64,000 nt of DNA from assembly GCA_964016885.1 (NCBI GenBank), contig OZ024749.1, positions 26,784,001-26,848,000 of the forward strand, read 5' to 3'. Position 1 is the stretch's first letter. The number at the start of each line of letters is the position of its first letter. Both the position numbers and the translations under genes were made by a program. The notes beneath the pieces are model-generated. The model ran no database searches and was not told where the DNA came from. It was given only the letters and a program-made list of their open reading frames with translations. This stretch comes from Eledone cirrhosa (taxonomy: Eukaryota). Positions 43,801 through 57,056 of this stretch are shown here, in pieces.

Positions 43801-44395
43801 TTAACCCTTTAGCATTTAAACTGGCCAGAATTCTCTCACCTCTTTCTGTTCAAACTGGTATAGAAAATAGACTTTAACCCTTTAGTATTTAAACCGACCA
43901 TATCCGACCAGAATTCTCTCACCTCTTTCTTTTCAAACTGGCATAGAAAATAGACTTTAACCCTTTAACATTTAAACCGGTCATATCCGACCAGAATTCT
44001 CTCACCTCTTTCTGTTCAAATCAGCCGTAACTGGCCAGGCATACTGATGTTAAGATATTGTTTTCAAAATAAATAATGTCAAAATCTCATAGATTCAATA
44101 TTATGTGAGGTAAAGCCTTTACCATGAAAATACAATATTAAATATAGAGTAATGTAAATGCTAAAGGATTAACCCTATAGCATTTAAACCGGCCATATCC
44201 AGCCAAAATTATCTCACCCCTTTCTGTTCAAACCAGTCATAACTGGCTGCTCATACTTATTTTAAGGTATTGTTCTCAAAATAAATAATATCAAATTCTC
44301 ATAGATTCGATATTATGTGAGATAATTATGTGAGGTAAAGGGTTTTGGTGAAAATACAAAGTAAATGTAGATTAATGTAAATGCTAAAGGGTTAA
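43801..44395. mobile_element. Tandem array of piggyBac-like MITE ends and copies (same family as 27584 and about 48060)
   Basis: Four TTAACCC(T)TTAGCATTTAAAC-like starts and two AATGCTAAAGG(G/A)TTAA ends. Confidence 0.75.
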
Positions 44396-44686
44396 AGAGA
44401 GTCATTGAGGAAATACAGAATTGTCTGGTGAAGAATTGAGGCAGTAAATGTTGGATAGTGTGAGATGGAAAGGTTTTATCATGTCCACCACAGAGAAGTG
44501 GATGAATTTAGTAGTAGTGGTGGTGGGTGGTGGTGGTTAGTAGTAGTGGTGGTGTTAGTAGTAGTGGTGGTGGTGGTGGTTAGTAGTAGTGGTGGTGTTA
44601 GTAGTAGTAGTAGTGCTGGTGGTTTGGGTGTGGTAGTAGTAGTAGTTGTTAGTAATAGTAGTATTACAACAAAGCAAAACACAAAC

Positions 44687-45055
44687 CATATTTGCTGGAT
44701 CAATAGTTTCAGTCGTAGCTTGAGTCATTGGGCATTCTGACACATTTGGCACACATTTGTGCATGGGACACTCTGTAGGGTATGAGGTTGTTGTTGTTGC
44801 TGCTGTAGATGAACCAGACATTGACACCGGTACTGCATTGTTCTGAGTTTGTGCAAGAGATGGAGGTTTCGCCTGTTGTTTGTGCATTGGGCATTCTGGA
44901 GGGGGAACCGATTTGTTGAGTTCTTTGTGCATCGGACATTCGGTTGGAATTGAGTTTGTTGTCTGTTGGTTGTCTGTGAAGCTTTCTGCTTTCACGTTTT
45001 CGATGAGGGGGACTGAAGCGGCAAGGTTAAACAGGGAGCAATTACTGAGCCCCAT
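44687..45055 (-). CDS. HCCS: Holocytochrome c synthase, coding exon 1 (start codon, CP-motif-rich N-terminus)
   Basis: MGLSN..., four ECPM motifs, ends IDPANM|gtttg. Acceptor-like sites at 45068 and 45078 imply an upstream non-coding exon. Confidence 0.92.
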
Positions 45056-46721
45056 TTTCGATGTTCACTGCAAAATTCTAAGAAAAAAGAAATATATATT
45101 AAGTAAATGTGGTAAAGAAATATATATTAAGTAAATGTGGTTGGTGTTAGGAAGGGCATCCAGCTGTAAAATACTCGGCAAAATTTATAGTTCCCACCAG
45201 AGCAAGATGCGACATGGCCAACCATGACCAGACTTGCTTCCTGGCCATTGACGACCCATTTAACCCATGCAAGCATGGAAGAATTGACGCTGAACAGAAA
45301 TGATGAGGATGACAAAACATTAGTTCTCTTTTCACAGCATGTGTATATAATTGTTTCTACTTTTGGCACAAGGCCAGCAATTACCCCAGTGCATTACTGG
45401 TGCTTTATTTTATCGACCCCCCGTAAGGATGAAAGGCAAAGTTACCTCCCTTGGCGATATTTGAACTCAGATTGTAAAGGGCTGTAACTCTTTGCTGCAA
45501 AGCATGGCATCCGACCTTCTACAGTTGTGTGTATATAATATTATATAGCAGGAGAAGGAAGAAATGAAAGGATGTGTGAAGGAGCTATTTTTATTTTGTG
45601 TCATTTTCTTTTCTTCTTTTAAACAAGCAAGGAGTGTAGGGAGAGACAGTATTGGTGACCCAAAGTTGTTTCTCTCTGTTTAGGTATGAAATATGCACAG
45701 AAGCCATATATATATATATATATATATATACTTGGGCACGCCGCTCATCACTTTTAGATGTCCTGTATTAAGTGCTGAAACATCTTGATCTCGGTTTACA
45801 GCTGATGAAGGATTTCCTTTCTTCTCTAGTTTCGTCCATACTACCATCTTAAACTTTGTTTATAGTAACCACACAGCTCCTTTTGTTTCTTATAATTTTA
45901 TATATATATACATATATCATCATCATCATCACTGTTTAATGTTCAATTTTCCACATTAGCATGGGTTATATATATATATATGGGTTATATATATTTAAAT
46001 ATATATGCAAACAGTAAATGGAAACAACAAAGCAAACAACACAGTACAATGAAGAAATATGTTGGTTTAATGCTTGATATAGTTGGAAAAAAGTATTTAC
46101 GTTTCGGACACTAGTCCTTCATCAGAAAATAGAATGAGAAATAAAAGACGAAATAAAGAGATAGAGGAGAGTGGGAAGAGAAAAAAGGGAAAAACCTTTT
46201 TTTGAGAAATAGCACCTGTGTATTTAGTCATATACATGTATCATTAACCTTGTCATCATAATTTAATGTCCACTTTCCCTGTTAGCATGCGTTGGACAGG
46301 TGGTCTTCAAGGTCTAAGTCAGTAATGAAGTGGGTCTACTGATCTCCTGGATAATAGGTACACGGTATCCCTGTGGGTGGATAAGAAGCAAATAAAAGGG
46401 TTGGCAACAAGAAAGACATCAGGTTGTAAAACATTGCCTCAAAAAGTTCCATCCTACCCATGCCAGCATGGACATAAAAGGGGGAGGAGAAGGAGGAGGC
46501 TACAAGAATATGGTATATGATAGAAATGTTTTACTCATTTGCAAAAGTCGTTATTGGTGAACATTAATTTGTAATTACGGGGTCAATAAAATAAAGTACC
46601 AGTAATGTACTGGGTAATTGATGGCCTTGTGCCAAAAGTAGAAACAATTATTTTGTAATTAAAACTGAAATGGAAATAGGATGGAATGGAATGTTCTTTC
46701 TTCTAAAACAACATTTGACCA

Positions 46722-47290
46722 AGGAAAGAGAGAGGGGGGAAGGGTGAGAAAGAGATAGGGGGGAAGGGTGAGAAAGAGAGAGCGGGAAAGGTGAGAAAGA
46801 GAGAGGGGGAATGGTGAGAAAGAGAGAGCGGGAAGGGTGAGAAAGAGAGAGTGGGAAGGGTGAGAAAGAGAGAGCGGGAAGGGTGAGAAAGAGAGAGGGG
46901 AATGGTGAGAAAGAGAGAGCGGGAAGGGTGAGAAAGAGAGGGGGAAGGGTGAGAGAGGGGGAAGGGTGAGAGAGGGGGAAGGGTGAGAAAGAGAGAGCGG
47001 GAAGGGTGAGAAAGAGAGGGGGAAGGGTGAGAAAGATAGAGGGGGAAGGGTGAGAAAGAGAGAGGGGGAAGGGTGAGAAAGAGAGAGGGGGAAGGGTGAG
47101 AAAGAGAGAGGGGGGGAGAAAGAGAGAGGGGAAGGGTGAGAAAGAGTGGGGGGGGAGAAAGAGAGAGAGGGGGAAGGGTGAGAAAGAGAGAGGGGAATGG
47201 TGAGAAAGAGAGAGGGGAAGGGTGAGAAAGAGAGAGGGGGAAGGGTGAGAAAGAGAGGGGGAAGGGTGAGAAAGATGGAGAAGGTGCTAA
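46722..47290. repeat. Purine-rich minisatellite (about GAAGGGTGAGAAAGAGAGAGGG)
   Basis: More than 20 units of about 22-24 bp. Confidence 0.93.
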
Positions 47291-47379
47291 GAATGTAGAC
47301 ACTGAGAGAGGGAGAGTGAGAGAGAGAACGAAAGGGAAAGAGAGGGAGAGAAGATACTAAGAGCATAGATATTGAGAGG

Positions 47380-47469
47380 AAGGGGAGAGAGAGAAGGTGC
47401 GAAGAGCATAGACAGTGAGAGAGAGACAGACAGAGAGAAAGAAAGAGAAGGTGGTAAGAGTGTAGACAA

Positions 47470-47502
<33 letters not shown>

Positions 47503-47778
47503 TAGAAGATGGTAAGAGTGTAGACAATGAGAGAGAGAGATAGAAGGTGGTAAGAGTGTAGACAATGAGAGAGAGAGAGTAGAGATAGAAGGTGGTAAGA
47601 GTGTAGACAATGAGAGAGAGAGAGAGAGATAGGTGGTAAGAGTGTAAGCAATGAGAGAGAGAGAGAGAGAGAGTAGAGATAGAAGGTGGTAAGAGTGTAG
47701 ACAATGAGAGAGAGAGAGAGAGAGTAGAGATAGAAGGTGGTAAGAGTGTAGACAATGAGAGAGAGAGAGAGAGAGATA
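47380..47778. repeat. Minisatellite AGAAGGTGGTAAGAGTGTAGACAAT(GA)n
   Basis: About 8 units. Confidence 0.9.
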
Positions 47779-48412
47779 GTTCTTAACTCTTATCAGAACA
47801 ATATATATGACTGGTTATCTCTTGGAGATGGAACAGTTAATTAAATGGGTTCTAATATAATTAGTAGTCAGTCTTGTGAACTGATCCAGTACCATTGCAA
47901 AGTACCATGTCATGTATATATTCTTTTATTCTTTTACTGGTTTTTGTCACTGGACTGTGGCCATGCTGGGGCACAGCCTTGAAGGAATTTAGTCAATTAT
48001 ATCATCCCCAGTACTCATCTTCAAGTCTGGTACAAATTTTATTGATTGATTATTTTTGTTTAAACCTTTAGCATTTAAACCGACCGTATCGGCCAGAATT
48101 CTCTCACCTCTTTTTGTTCAAACCGGCTGTAACCAGCCGCTCATACTGATGTTAAAATATTGTTCTCAAAATAAATAATATCAAAAGAAAGGATTATAAC
48201 ATATTAACTCAAAAATTAAATATCACCAAAAATATGGACATTCTAACGGTTTTTAACTCAGTTTTTTCCTTTCCAAGTAATGCCTTTACTGTAGGTTCTT
48301 CACTTCTGTGATGATTTGATTTTTGAGTTATTGTTATAATTCTTTCTTTTGGCTCTGATGAGAGCACTAAATCACCTATTTATTTTCACTGTACGGATAT
48401 CGATTTTTAATC

Positions 48413-49312
48413 GGTATTCATACCCTCAATGTGCATATTGATAGTTTGGTGTTTGAAACAAGTTGTCAGCCAATAAAAATATATGTATTCAAAAATCATT
48501 GTTGTTTCTCTCCAACATTTAATACATGCTTTTTAGCTCTGCCTATAATAATTTTACTATTTATTCGCTTGGTTCGCTTGTCTTGCAATCTATACGTATC
48601 GAGCACACTAACCAGAATCAAATGTTAATCTCATTGTTAATGTTGTATAATTAATGGATAAATATAAATCGAAAATTATAAATTGCTTTGTCCATGAACT
48701 TTTATAGATACAAGAATATTGGACTTTGGTTTGTGTGTATGTAAGCATGTCTGTATGTCTGTCTGTCTGTCTGTATGTATGTATGTATGTATGCATGTCA
48801 TCCTCAAGCCAGTTGTATGTGTATGTATTCATACCCTCAACGTGCATATTGATAGTTTGGTGTTTGAAACAAGTTGTCAGCCAATAAAAATATATGTATT
48901 CAAAAATCATTGTTGTTTCTCTCCAACATTTAATACATGCTTTTTAGCTCTGCCTATAATAATTTTACCATTTATTCGCTTGGTTCGCTTGTCTTGCAAT
49001 CTATACGTATCGAGCACACTAACCATCTCTCTAGTAGCTTGTAATCTGCATAACTAATCACCTATTTCTTCTCTTTGATTGGTTTGCTTGATTTATATTT
49101 GATACATGCATATACAACTGGCTTGAGGATGACATGCATACATACATACAGACATACAGACAGACAGACATACATACATGCTTACATACACACAAACCAA
49201 AGTCCAATATTCTTGTATCTATAAAAGTTCATGGACAAAGCAATTTATAATTTTCGATTTATATTTATCCATTAATTATACAACATTAACAATGAGATTA
49301 ACATTTGATTCT
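48413..49312. repeat. Interlocked direct and inverted duplication
   Basis: About 48415-48613 repeats at about 48826-49024. About 48613-48820 is inverted at about 49108-49311. Confidence 0.85.
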
Positions 49313-49350
49313 GATATTTACGTCTCTTCGTCAGGAAAAGTAATAGAGTT

Positions 49351-52004
49351 TTATATTTAGGCTATAAAATGTTATTTTAGTAATTCTATCTGAAGTGCTG
49401 TTGTGTGATGTGTGAAATACTGTTGGTTGTATTATTGCAGTGGTTGTGTTGTTTTACACGATTGTTCTTACAAGAAATGTTTGTATTTATGGCTACCTAA
49501 TTTTACTATCTACTCAGTGCTGGACTTACCTATAAGATAAAATAAGCTATAACTAAGGGCCACACACCATCGGGGGGGGGGGGGGTATTTTTGAAAAATA
49601 TATATTAATTTTATCATTAGTTTTTAGTCTTTAACACTAAGTCACATATGTGTGTGTCTGTTATTTATCCTTAACATTAAAAAAAATGTTGACCCGAATT
49701 TTTTTTTTTTTTTTTTTAGAGAAGGGCCTCAAATTTCATATAGAGTCTCATCAGGTTACAAGTCTGGCTCTGCTTTCTATTACAGGTAGCTCTCTCTCTC
49801 TCTCGTTATAAATAATCAACAGAATCTAAATCACCCACTTACATCATGCAATACAATACAGAAAAAGATCTCGAACTGATTTTTAATGATTTCACTTCGA
49901 TATTATCGTTAGGGTCGTGAATTAACAATATCGGTAAGGCTATGTTTTGCGGTATATAGTTACGGCTCTTTATATTCTGAGTTCAAATCCTGCCGAGGTT
50001 AGCTTTGCCTTTCATCCTTACGAGGTCGATAAAATAATCGACTTCCCCCTCCACCAAAATTGTTGGCCTTGTTCCTAAATCAGAAAGTATAAATTATCGC
50101 TAATGTCCTTGATATAAACACCACCTAATCTATCGATCACCTTTCACCTGTATAAGCTATGATATAATTTGAATGCGAGGTGGTAAATCAACAGCAAACA
50201 CTGCGATTCAGTTTCGATTCCTTATTCAAGTTTCTCCACTTTACATGACAAAAACCATCGCTAATGTCCTTGAAAAAATATTTTCGTTTTCTTTTCTTTA
50301 AAAAAAAGCAATCACAGGTGTATATTATTTAATATTATAACACAGAGCTGGTGCGTATAAAATATAATTGTTTCTACTTTTGGCACAAGGCCAGCAATTA
50401 CCCAGTGCATTACTGGTACTTTATTTTATCGACCCCGTAAGGATGAAAGGCAAAGTAAACCTCGGCGGGATTTGAACTCTATAAAATATAATAACTATAA
50501 AACAAGTGTGTAAGATTTAATATTATATATACACTTTTATATAAAAATAACTATATATCACGAGTATATAGAATAAAGTACAATATCGCAGGTGTGTAAG
50601 ATTAAATACTATATCGCAGGTGTATATAGGATAGATTAAAGTACAATATAACTTGAATATAAAGTACAATATAACATGATATAATGCTATGTCGCAGGTG
50701 TATATGGTTAAATATTATATATATATCACAGGTGTATAAAAGATGTATTAAATCACAGGTATATTAAATATAATATTATATCACGAGTATAAAAATATAA
50801 TATAATATCGCGTGTGTATATACGATATAATTGTTTCTACTTTTGGCACAAGGCCATCAAAACCCAGTGCATTACTGGTACTTTATTTTATCGACCCGGT
50901 AAGGATGAAAGGCAAAGTTAACCTCGGCGATATAATGTAATGTTGCAGGTGTATAAGACTAAATATATCACCCTCATATAAAATATAATAACTATATAAT
51001 GGGTATATAAAACATAATGCTATGTCGCGGGTGTATAAGGTTCAATATTATATTATCACAGATGTATAATATATATTACTAAAGTGAGAGATGAGACCAC
51101 CACCAGTAACAACCCTACACAGTGGAAAGCCAGTGATCGAGTTTCGATCCTAGAGCATAACAGTCTCACTTCATCATCGTTGAAGTCCTTCAAATTTTGT
51201 TTTCTTTTTTCTTTTTAATGTACAGCTAACGATCAATCGATCAACAAGATTCCAGACCAGATTCATTTACCGAGTGAGGTGGAACTCGTCAAATCGGACC
51301 ATGGAAAGAATGTTTCCATTGATCTTTCCATTACAGATACTATCTACCGGTCGCAATTCCTAGCAGAAAGAGCAACATGAAATAAAGTGTCTTGTCCAAG
51401 GACATAACACATCGCCAGGTCAGGGAATGGAACTCGTAACTTCACGATTGCGAATCCAATTCCCTAGCCACTAAGTCACACGCCTTCACTATTTACAGAT
51501 AATAGGTAACTCAAAACCATAATAGAGATTCTGTTGATTATTTATAACGAGAGAGAGAGAGAGAGAGCTATCTGTAATAGAAAGCAGAGCCAGACTTGTA
51601 ACCTGATGAGACTCTATATGAAATTTGAGGCCCTTCTCTGAAAAAAAAAAATTCGGGTAAACATTTTTTTTAATGTTAAGGATAAATAACAGACACACAC
51701 ATATGTGATTTAGTGTTAAAGACTAAAAACTAATGATAAAATTAATATATATTTTTCAAAAATACCCCCCCCCCCCCCCCCCCGATGGTGTGTGGTCCTT
51801 AGCTATAGCTTATTTTATCTTATAGGTAAGTCCAACACTGAGTAGATAGTAAAATTATGTACCAATAAATACAAACATTTCTTGTAAGAACGATCGTGTA
51901 AAACAACACAACCACTGCAATAATACAACCAAAAGTATTTCACACATCACACAACAGCACTTCAGATAGAATTACTAAAATAACATTTTATAGCCTAAAT
52001 ATAA
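49351..52004. repeat. Inverted duplication with arms of about 480 bp (49351-49827 and 51526-52004) around a 1.7-kb spacer
   Basis: The arms are reverse complements with few substitutions and some homopolymer length changes. Confidence 0.9.
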
Positions 52005-52861
52005 GGTCACACTAGAAATCGTGTCATCAGATGTTTTCTTCTTTTGTTTTTTTGTTTTTTTGACCCTGTGAACCCACAGGCGAAACTCCAGAATAACAGA
52101 ACTCTGACTTGACCATAATAAATGAATAAATAAATAAATATATGTAATTTAACCTTTTCTCGGTTTCGCTTTCGTTACAAAATATGGCGGTGAAGGTATC
52201 AACATAACTTTCCCGGTACTTCGATCTCTCTCTCTCTCTCTCTCTCTCCCTATTACTTCGATCTCTCTCCAGTACTTAGAGCTCTCTATAACATCGATCT
52301 CTCCCCAACAAGTCGATCTGTCTACAAAGCTGACTGGAGGAATATCCCAACATCCCTCGGTCCGTGTGTATTATCTTACGGTGAAAACGTTGTGTGCCTG
52401 TGTATTTATTCTTCTTTCTTATATATATATACTGAAAGAGGGTGTTTTAATGTACGAGTGTACATAAGGAACGGTCAAACATTAACTGAATGAGCACTCA
52501 ATACATGTGGGTAGTGTGTACATTTCATTTTCCGGAGAAAAGAAAGTAGCAGTGATTTTGAAGTTTCGGCGTTGATGCCCCTTCAGACTATATATATATA
52601 TATTGTCAGTGTTGAACAAATGAGCAACGGTGGTTGCTAGACACTACGGCTTAATACGGGATGTTTGTTTACAAACACACCGAGCATTATAATAAATGTT
52701 CGGTGAATCCATACGTGCATATATATATGTGTGCATGTATGTATATATATATATACATACTACTGTACGTCGGTATACATATATGTATGTACGTGTACAT
52801 ACTTATATTTAAGTAACAGCCGTACTAAGAGTGGGAAATGAAATATCGTTTCATTTTTTCC

Positions 52862-52932
<71 letters not shown>

Positions 52933-53859
52933 CACACACACACACATTTAAACTCAGAATGTAAAGGGCTGTAATGTTCTGAGTTCAAATCCCGCGTTAA
53001 ACATATATATATATATATGTATATATGCAGACACACGTGTATATCTAATGACATTGATCTGTTAATAACAACACAATCAATTAAAAACTACGATAGCTTA
53101 AATTACTAGATGGTAAAAATAAGAATGTAAAAGAATGTATATATATATGTCTGTATATGTATATATATGTATATATATCTATATAACAACATGGGTATAA
53201 AATGAAAGGAGACAGAATTACACTTACCCTTGACCAACAGATCCGAGACGGTAAAAACACGCGTCCTTCGTTATTGACGTTCGACAAAAGGAGGAAAGGT
53301 TGGAGAAAATTACGGAAGCCTAACAGTGTAATATTTCAGCGAGCCGCCTGCCTCGATAACATTATTGTTTCTATTTTAGGCACAAGGCCAATATTAACCA
53401 GTACATTACTGGTACTTTTACTTTATCGACCCCGTAAGGATGAAAGGCAAAGTTAACCTCGGCGGGATTTGAACTCAGATCATAAAGGGACGTAACTCGA
53501 TAACATTATACCCTTCAGTCAGTTAGAAGGTTAATAGTTTGTTTTATTGGGGGTGGATTGGGGGAGTGTTGTGTACATGTGTGTATACATGTCCCTGTAT
53601 TTATGTGTGTGTGTGTGTGTGTTTGTATCCAATTCTTCTGTAAGGTGGTTTGCGTTAGGAAGTGTATCTTGCCGTAGGTGCTATGCCAAATATGGAACGT
53701 GTGATGTGGTGGAGTTTTTCTGGTCTAGCCTCAGACCGGACAATCTGTCCAACCCATGCCACCCACAGAATAGCACAGAAATGGTGGCTTTCATATATAT
53801 ATATATATAGGCGTTCCTTACTTTTAGCGGTCGCAATAATGAAAGTAAATTTATTTTCA

Positions 53860-54300
53860 TTTTCGAACGTCGTGTTTACATTTTGTGTGTGTGTTTAAAC
53901 GAAACATGCTGGCGACGAAGCTTCTTCTTTGCACGGCTCCATGTGTTCTCTGTGAGCTGTGTGTGCACATCAGGGTCCGCAGAATCTACAAAATTACGTT
54001 CGTGCACCACAACATCATGAACGTAAATCCCACCTTCAATTTCCTCAATTTCCGAATAGGAAGCCCAATCATCGGAGATGATGCGGCTGCCTGGCAAAAT
54101 CCCTGCTGAATGATGGGGACGAGAGTGTCACGGCTTCGATTTGGGACTTCTACAAGGCAGCAGCGTCCAGAATGGCGTTCAACAGCGCCGAAGACCCAGT
54201 GGCCTTGTATCCACAGGCCACGATGATACTTTCTATGGAAGTATTTGGATTCTTCTATCTCGACACTGATGGACTCACCATTCTGCAAGCCTCATTACAA
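53860..54300 (-). mobile_element. Merlin (IS1595/ISXO2-like) transposase fragment, frameshifted
   Basis: VEIEESKY..RKYHRG..WVFGAVER, ILPGSRIISDDWASY, VVH..NFVD..VHTQ.TENTW. Confidence 0.85.
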
Positions 54301-55405
54301 GATGGTTGGGCTTGCTATTCGGAAATTGTTTATCTACTTTTATATTTATTCTTTTTCCTTTCCTTCTTCCTTTTCCAGCCTCACTTTCATATAGATTATA
54401 TTTTTGTTTTTAAAATTTACTGTCAATAAATACACCAGGATTTTTTCATTCTGATGACTGAAAGCAAATTGTGTTTGCTTTCAAGAAACCACTGGTAAAT
54501 GAAATAATTATCTTCTGTTGTTTATTACATAACTATATATATATATATGGACCTGTTATTTTTCTCTAAAAATATTTTTTTTTAGATGATAATATGGATG
54601 ACTAAAGTAGAGAATATGATAAAAACTTATTCCACTTTCAGTCAAGTTTTGTTAACTATCAAAATTGGAAGATTACGGCATAACAATGAAAGCTGTATAT
54701 GAAAAAGGAAACATTTAGGCACAAGGCCAACAATTTTGGAGGAGGGGAAAGTCGATTAAATCGACCCTAGTGCATTACTGGTACTTTATTTTATCAACCT
54801 CAAAAGGATGAAAGGCAAAGCTAACCTTGGTGGGATTTAAACTCAGAATGTAAAGGGCTGTAATGTTCTGAGTTCAAATCCCGCGTTAAACATATAATAA
54901 CTAGAATTACTTGAATGTGCCAAATCCTAGTAAGTTTCCTTCTCTGTAACAGGAAATTTACTAAACAGTGATGTGAGGTATCATGTGACCCAGCACATCA
55001 GAATCAATATGTTCAAAATGATTGATACTTTGAATTAATCAGAGGTAGATGCAAGAATACAATTGTTTATTAAAGAGATTCGTTTTTTTAGATTTACTTT
55101 TAAAACATTGTAAATAAAATACCACATAAAGCACCAAATAGAAAAGTGGGGTCACATTTTTAAGGTCTTTCTTATTTTTTTTATTCATTTATAAACATTA
55201 AAAGACTCAATATAAACACAAATAATCATATATACTTTTTTAAAAAAAGGTTTTTTAATATCTCTAATAATTTCTTTCAGTAAAAGACTGAAAGTTAATA
55301 GTTACATAAATATATTCAGTATTTTACATTTAAAAAATGGTATATATATCTTTTAAAAGTTCTAGATTTTCAGAAAATAATTACATCATGTTTATATCCC
55401 TTCAA

Positions 55406-55940
55406 TCTAAACTATAATAAAGGAAGGTCTGCGGGACTGCGTACGGTTTTTTGTTTTTTTTTATCCCGTTAGTAAAATAAGTTGGATTACTTTGAATAAA
55501 TAATGAATGAATATTACATAATTTATCTACTAAATTTCATAAACAAAAATAATTTCCTAAAAATAAATAATTTAAAATTGACTTCTTTTCAAAGTTGCAC
55601 TTAGGGTATATCGTTGCCACCACCTCCATTTCGACTACCATATATATAGAAAGAGAGAGTGCGGGATGTCAACACTTCCGGTGGCGATCACTTAAATAAC
55701 CATACTAATTTTCTCCTAATGCAGTTTATATATAATATCGTCTTTTTTTAATGTATCATGGATTACGTTACTGATTACATAAGACAGTGTAACAACGTCT
55801 TCGTTCAATTTCTGTTTATATTGTCAATTACGATTTTATTTGATGTATCATATCTACATGTATATATACTTGCGTATAATATCAATATACACACTACACA
55901 TGCTAGCAGAAAACCACCCGAAGGGTGGTTTTTCTGCTAG
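55406..55940 (+). mobile_element. Candidate non-autonomous Helitron
   Basis: A|TC start, and a 3' hairpin accaccc-gaa-gggtggt followed by CTAG|T. The 5' boundary is tentative. Confidence 0.5.
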
Positions 55941-55961
55941 TCTTTCTAATTTCTCATTCTT

Positions 55962-55997
55962 TCTTCTGATGAAGGAGTAGCGTCCGAAACGTTAAGA
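55962..55997 (+). ncRNA. Minimal hammerhead-like motif (related copy on the minus strand at about 46094-46130)
   Basis: tctt CTGATGA agga-gtagcg-tcc GAAAC GTT aaga. Both copies are preceded by ttctcattct. Confidence 0.55.
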
Positions 55998-56441
55998 CCC
56001 TCTTCCTGCTATTTCAAGCGTTAACCTAATATATTCCTTCCATATACTGTACCGATTGTGTTGTTATTTCTGTTTACCTTTTACATACATATATATGTGT
56101 GTGTAGCAGTAATTCATCATCATCATCGTTTAATGTCCATTTTCCCCCACTAGCATGGGTTAGACGGGTCGTCCCATTAGAGGCAAGTTGGGTCAGGTGA
56201 TCGTGTCTTACTCGCATAGGACTTTTTCTGGCTTGGTTTCTACAGCTGGATGCCCTTCCTAACGCCAACCACATTTACAGAGTGTGTTGGATGCTTTTAA
56301 CCGTGTCTCCTACACGACCACTTTACAGTTTGGACTGGATATATTTTGTTCACAGTGTAAGGGTGGTGTGGACAGGAGTGGGTGGGTGAAGGTATAGTGG
56401 TTAAGAGGCGCCTACTAGGTGTTTATATAAAACGGAAATGT

Positions 56442-56509
<68 letters not shown>

Positions 56510-56997
56510 ACAAATTTCTTTCTTTTTTCTTTTAAGATCAAGTGACGAGTTGCATGATAGTTTTTCATGTAACTTTGTGGGAAAAGTTGCGACTGATACC
56601 GTAATGCGGATTTCTGATAATTCGTGAAACATAAATTTCGCTTTGATATACCCGAATGTTCATCCATAGATATTTTACCGCAACTGTAATGTTGCTACTT
56701 CCGGTTGTTTTCTTCAAGAGTGAACGTGGGCCTTATACGTTGTTAATGTTTTATTTTGATGTTGTTATTGTTGTTATTGTGGATTGGCAGTATCGGTAGA
56801 GGGTCGGACGCCATGCTTTCCAGCATAGTTACGTCCCCTTACGATCTGAGTTCAAATCCCGCCGAGGTTGACTTTGCCTTTCATCCTTACGGGGTCGATA
56901 AAATAAAGTACCAGTAATGCACTGGTTAATTGCTGGCCTTGTGCCTAAAGTAGAAACAGTTATTATATGGCGATATGTTTTTTTAAAAATAAGTTGA

Positions 56998-57056
<59 letters not shown>

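Noticed and set aside
45800-45825. CTGATGAAGG as another hammerhead
   Set aside because: No GAAA follows stem II and there is no stem I or III.
46659-47755. Leu/Ser/Pro-rich ORFs up to 330 aa
   Set aside because: Translations of purine-rich minisatellites.
54586-55080. Acceptor-like sites at about 54585 and 54952 as exons of a plus-strand gene
   Set aside because: The frames close quickly and give no recognisable protein.
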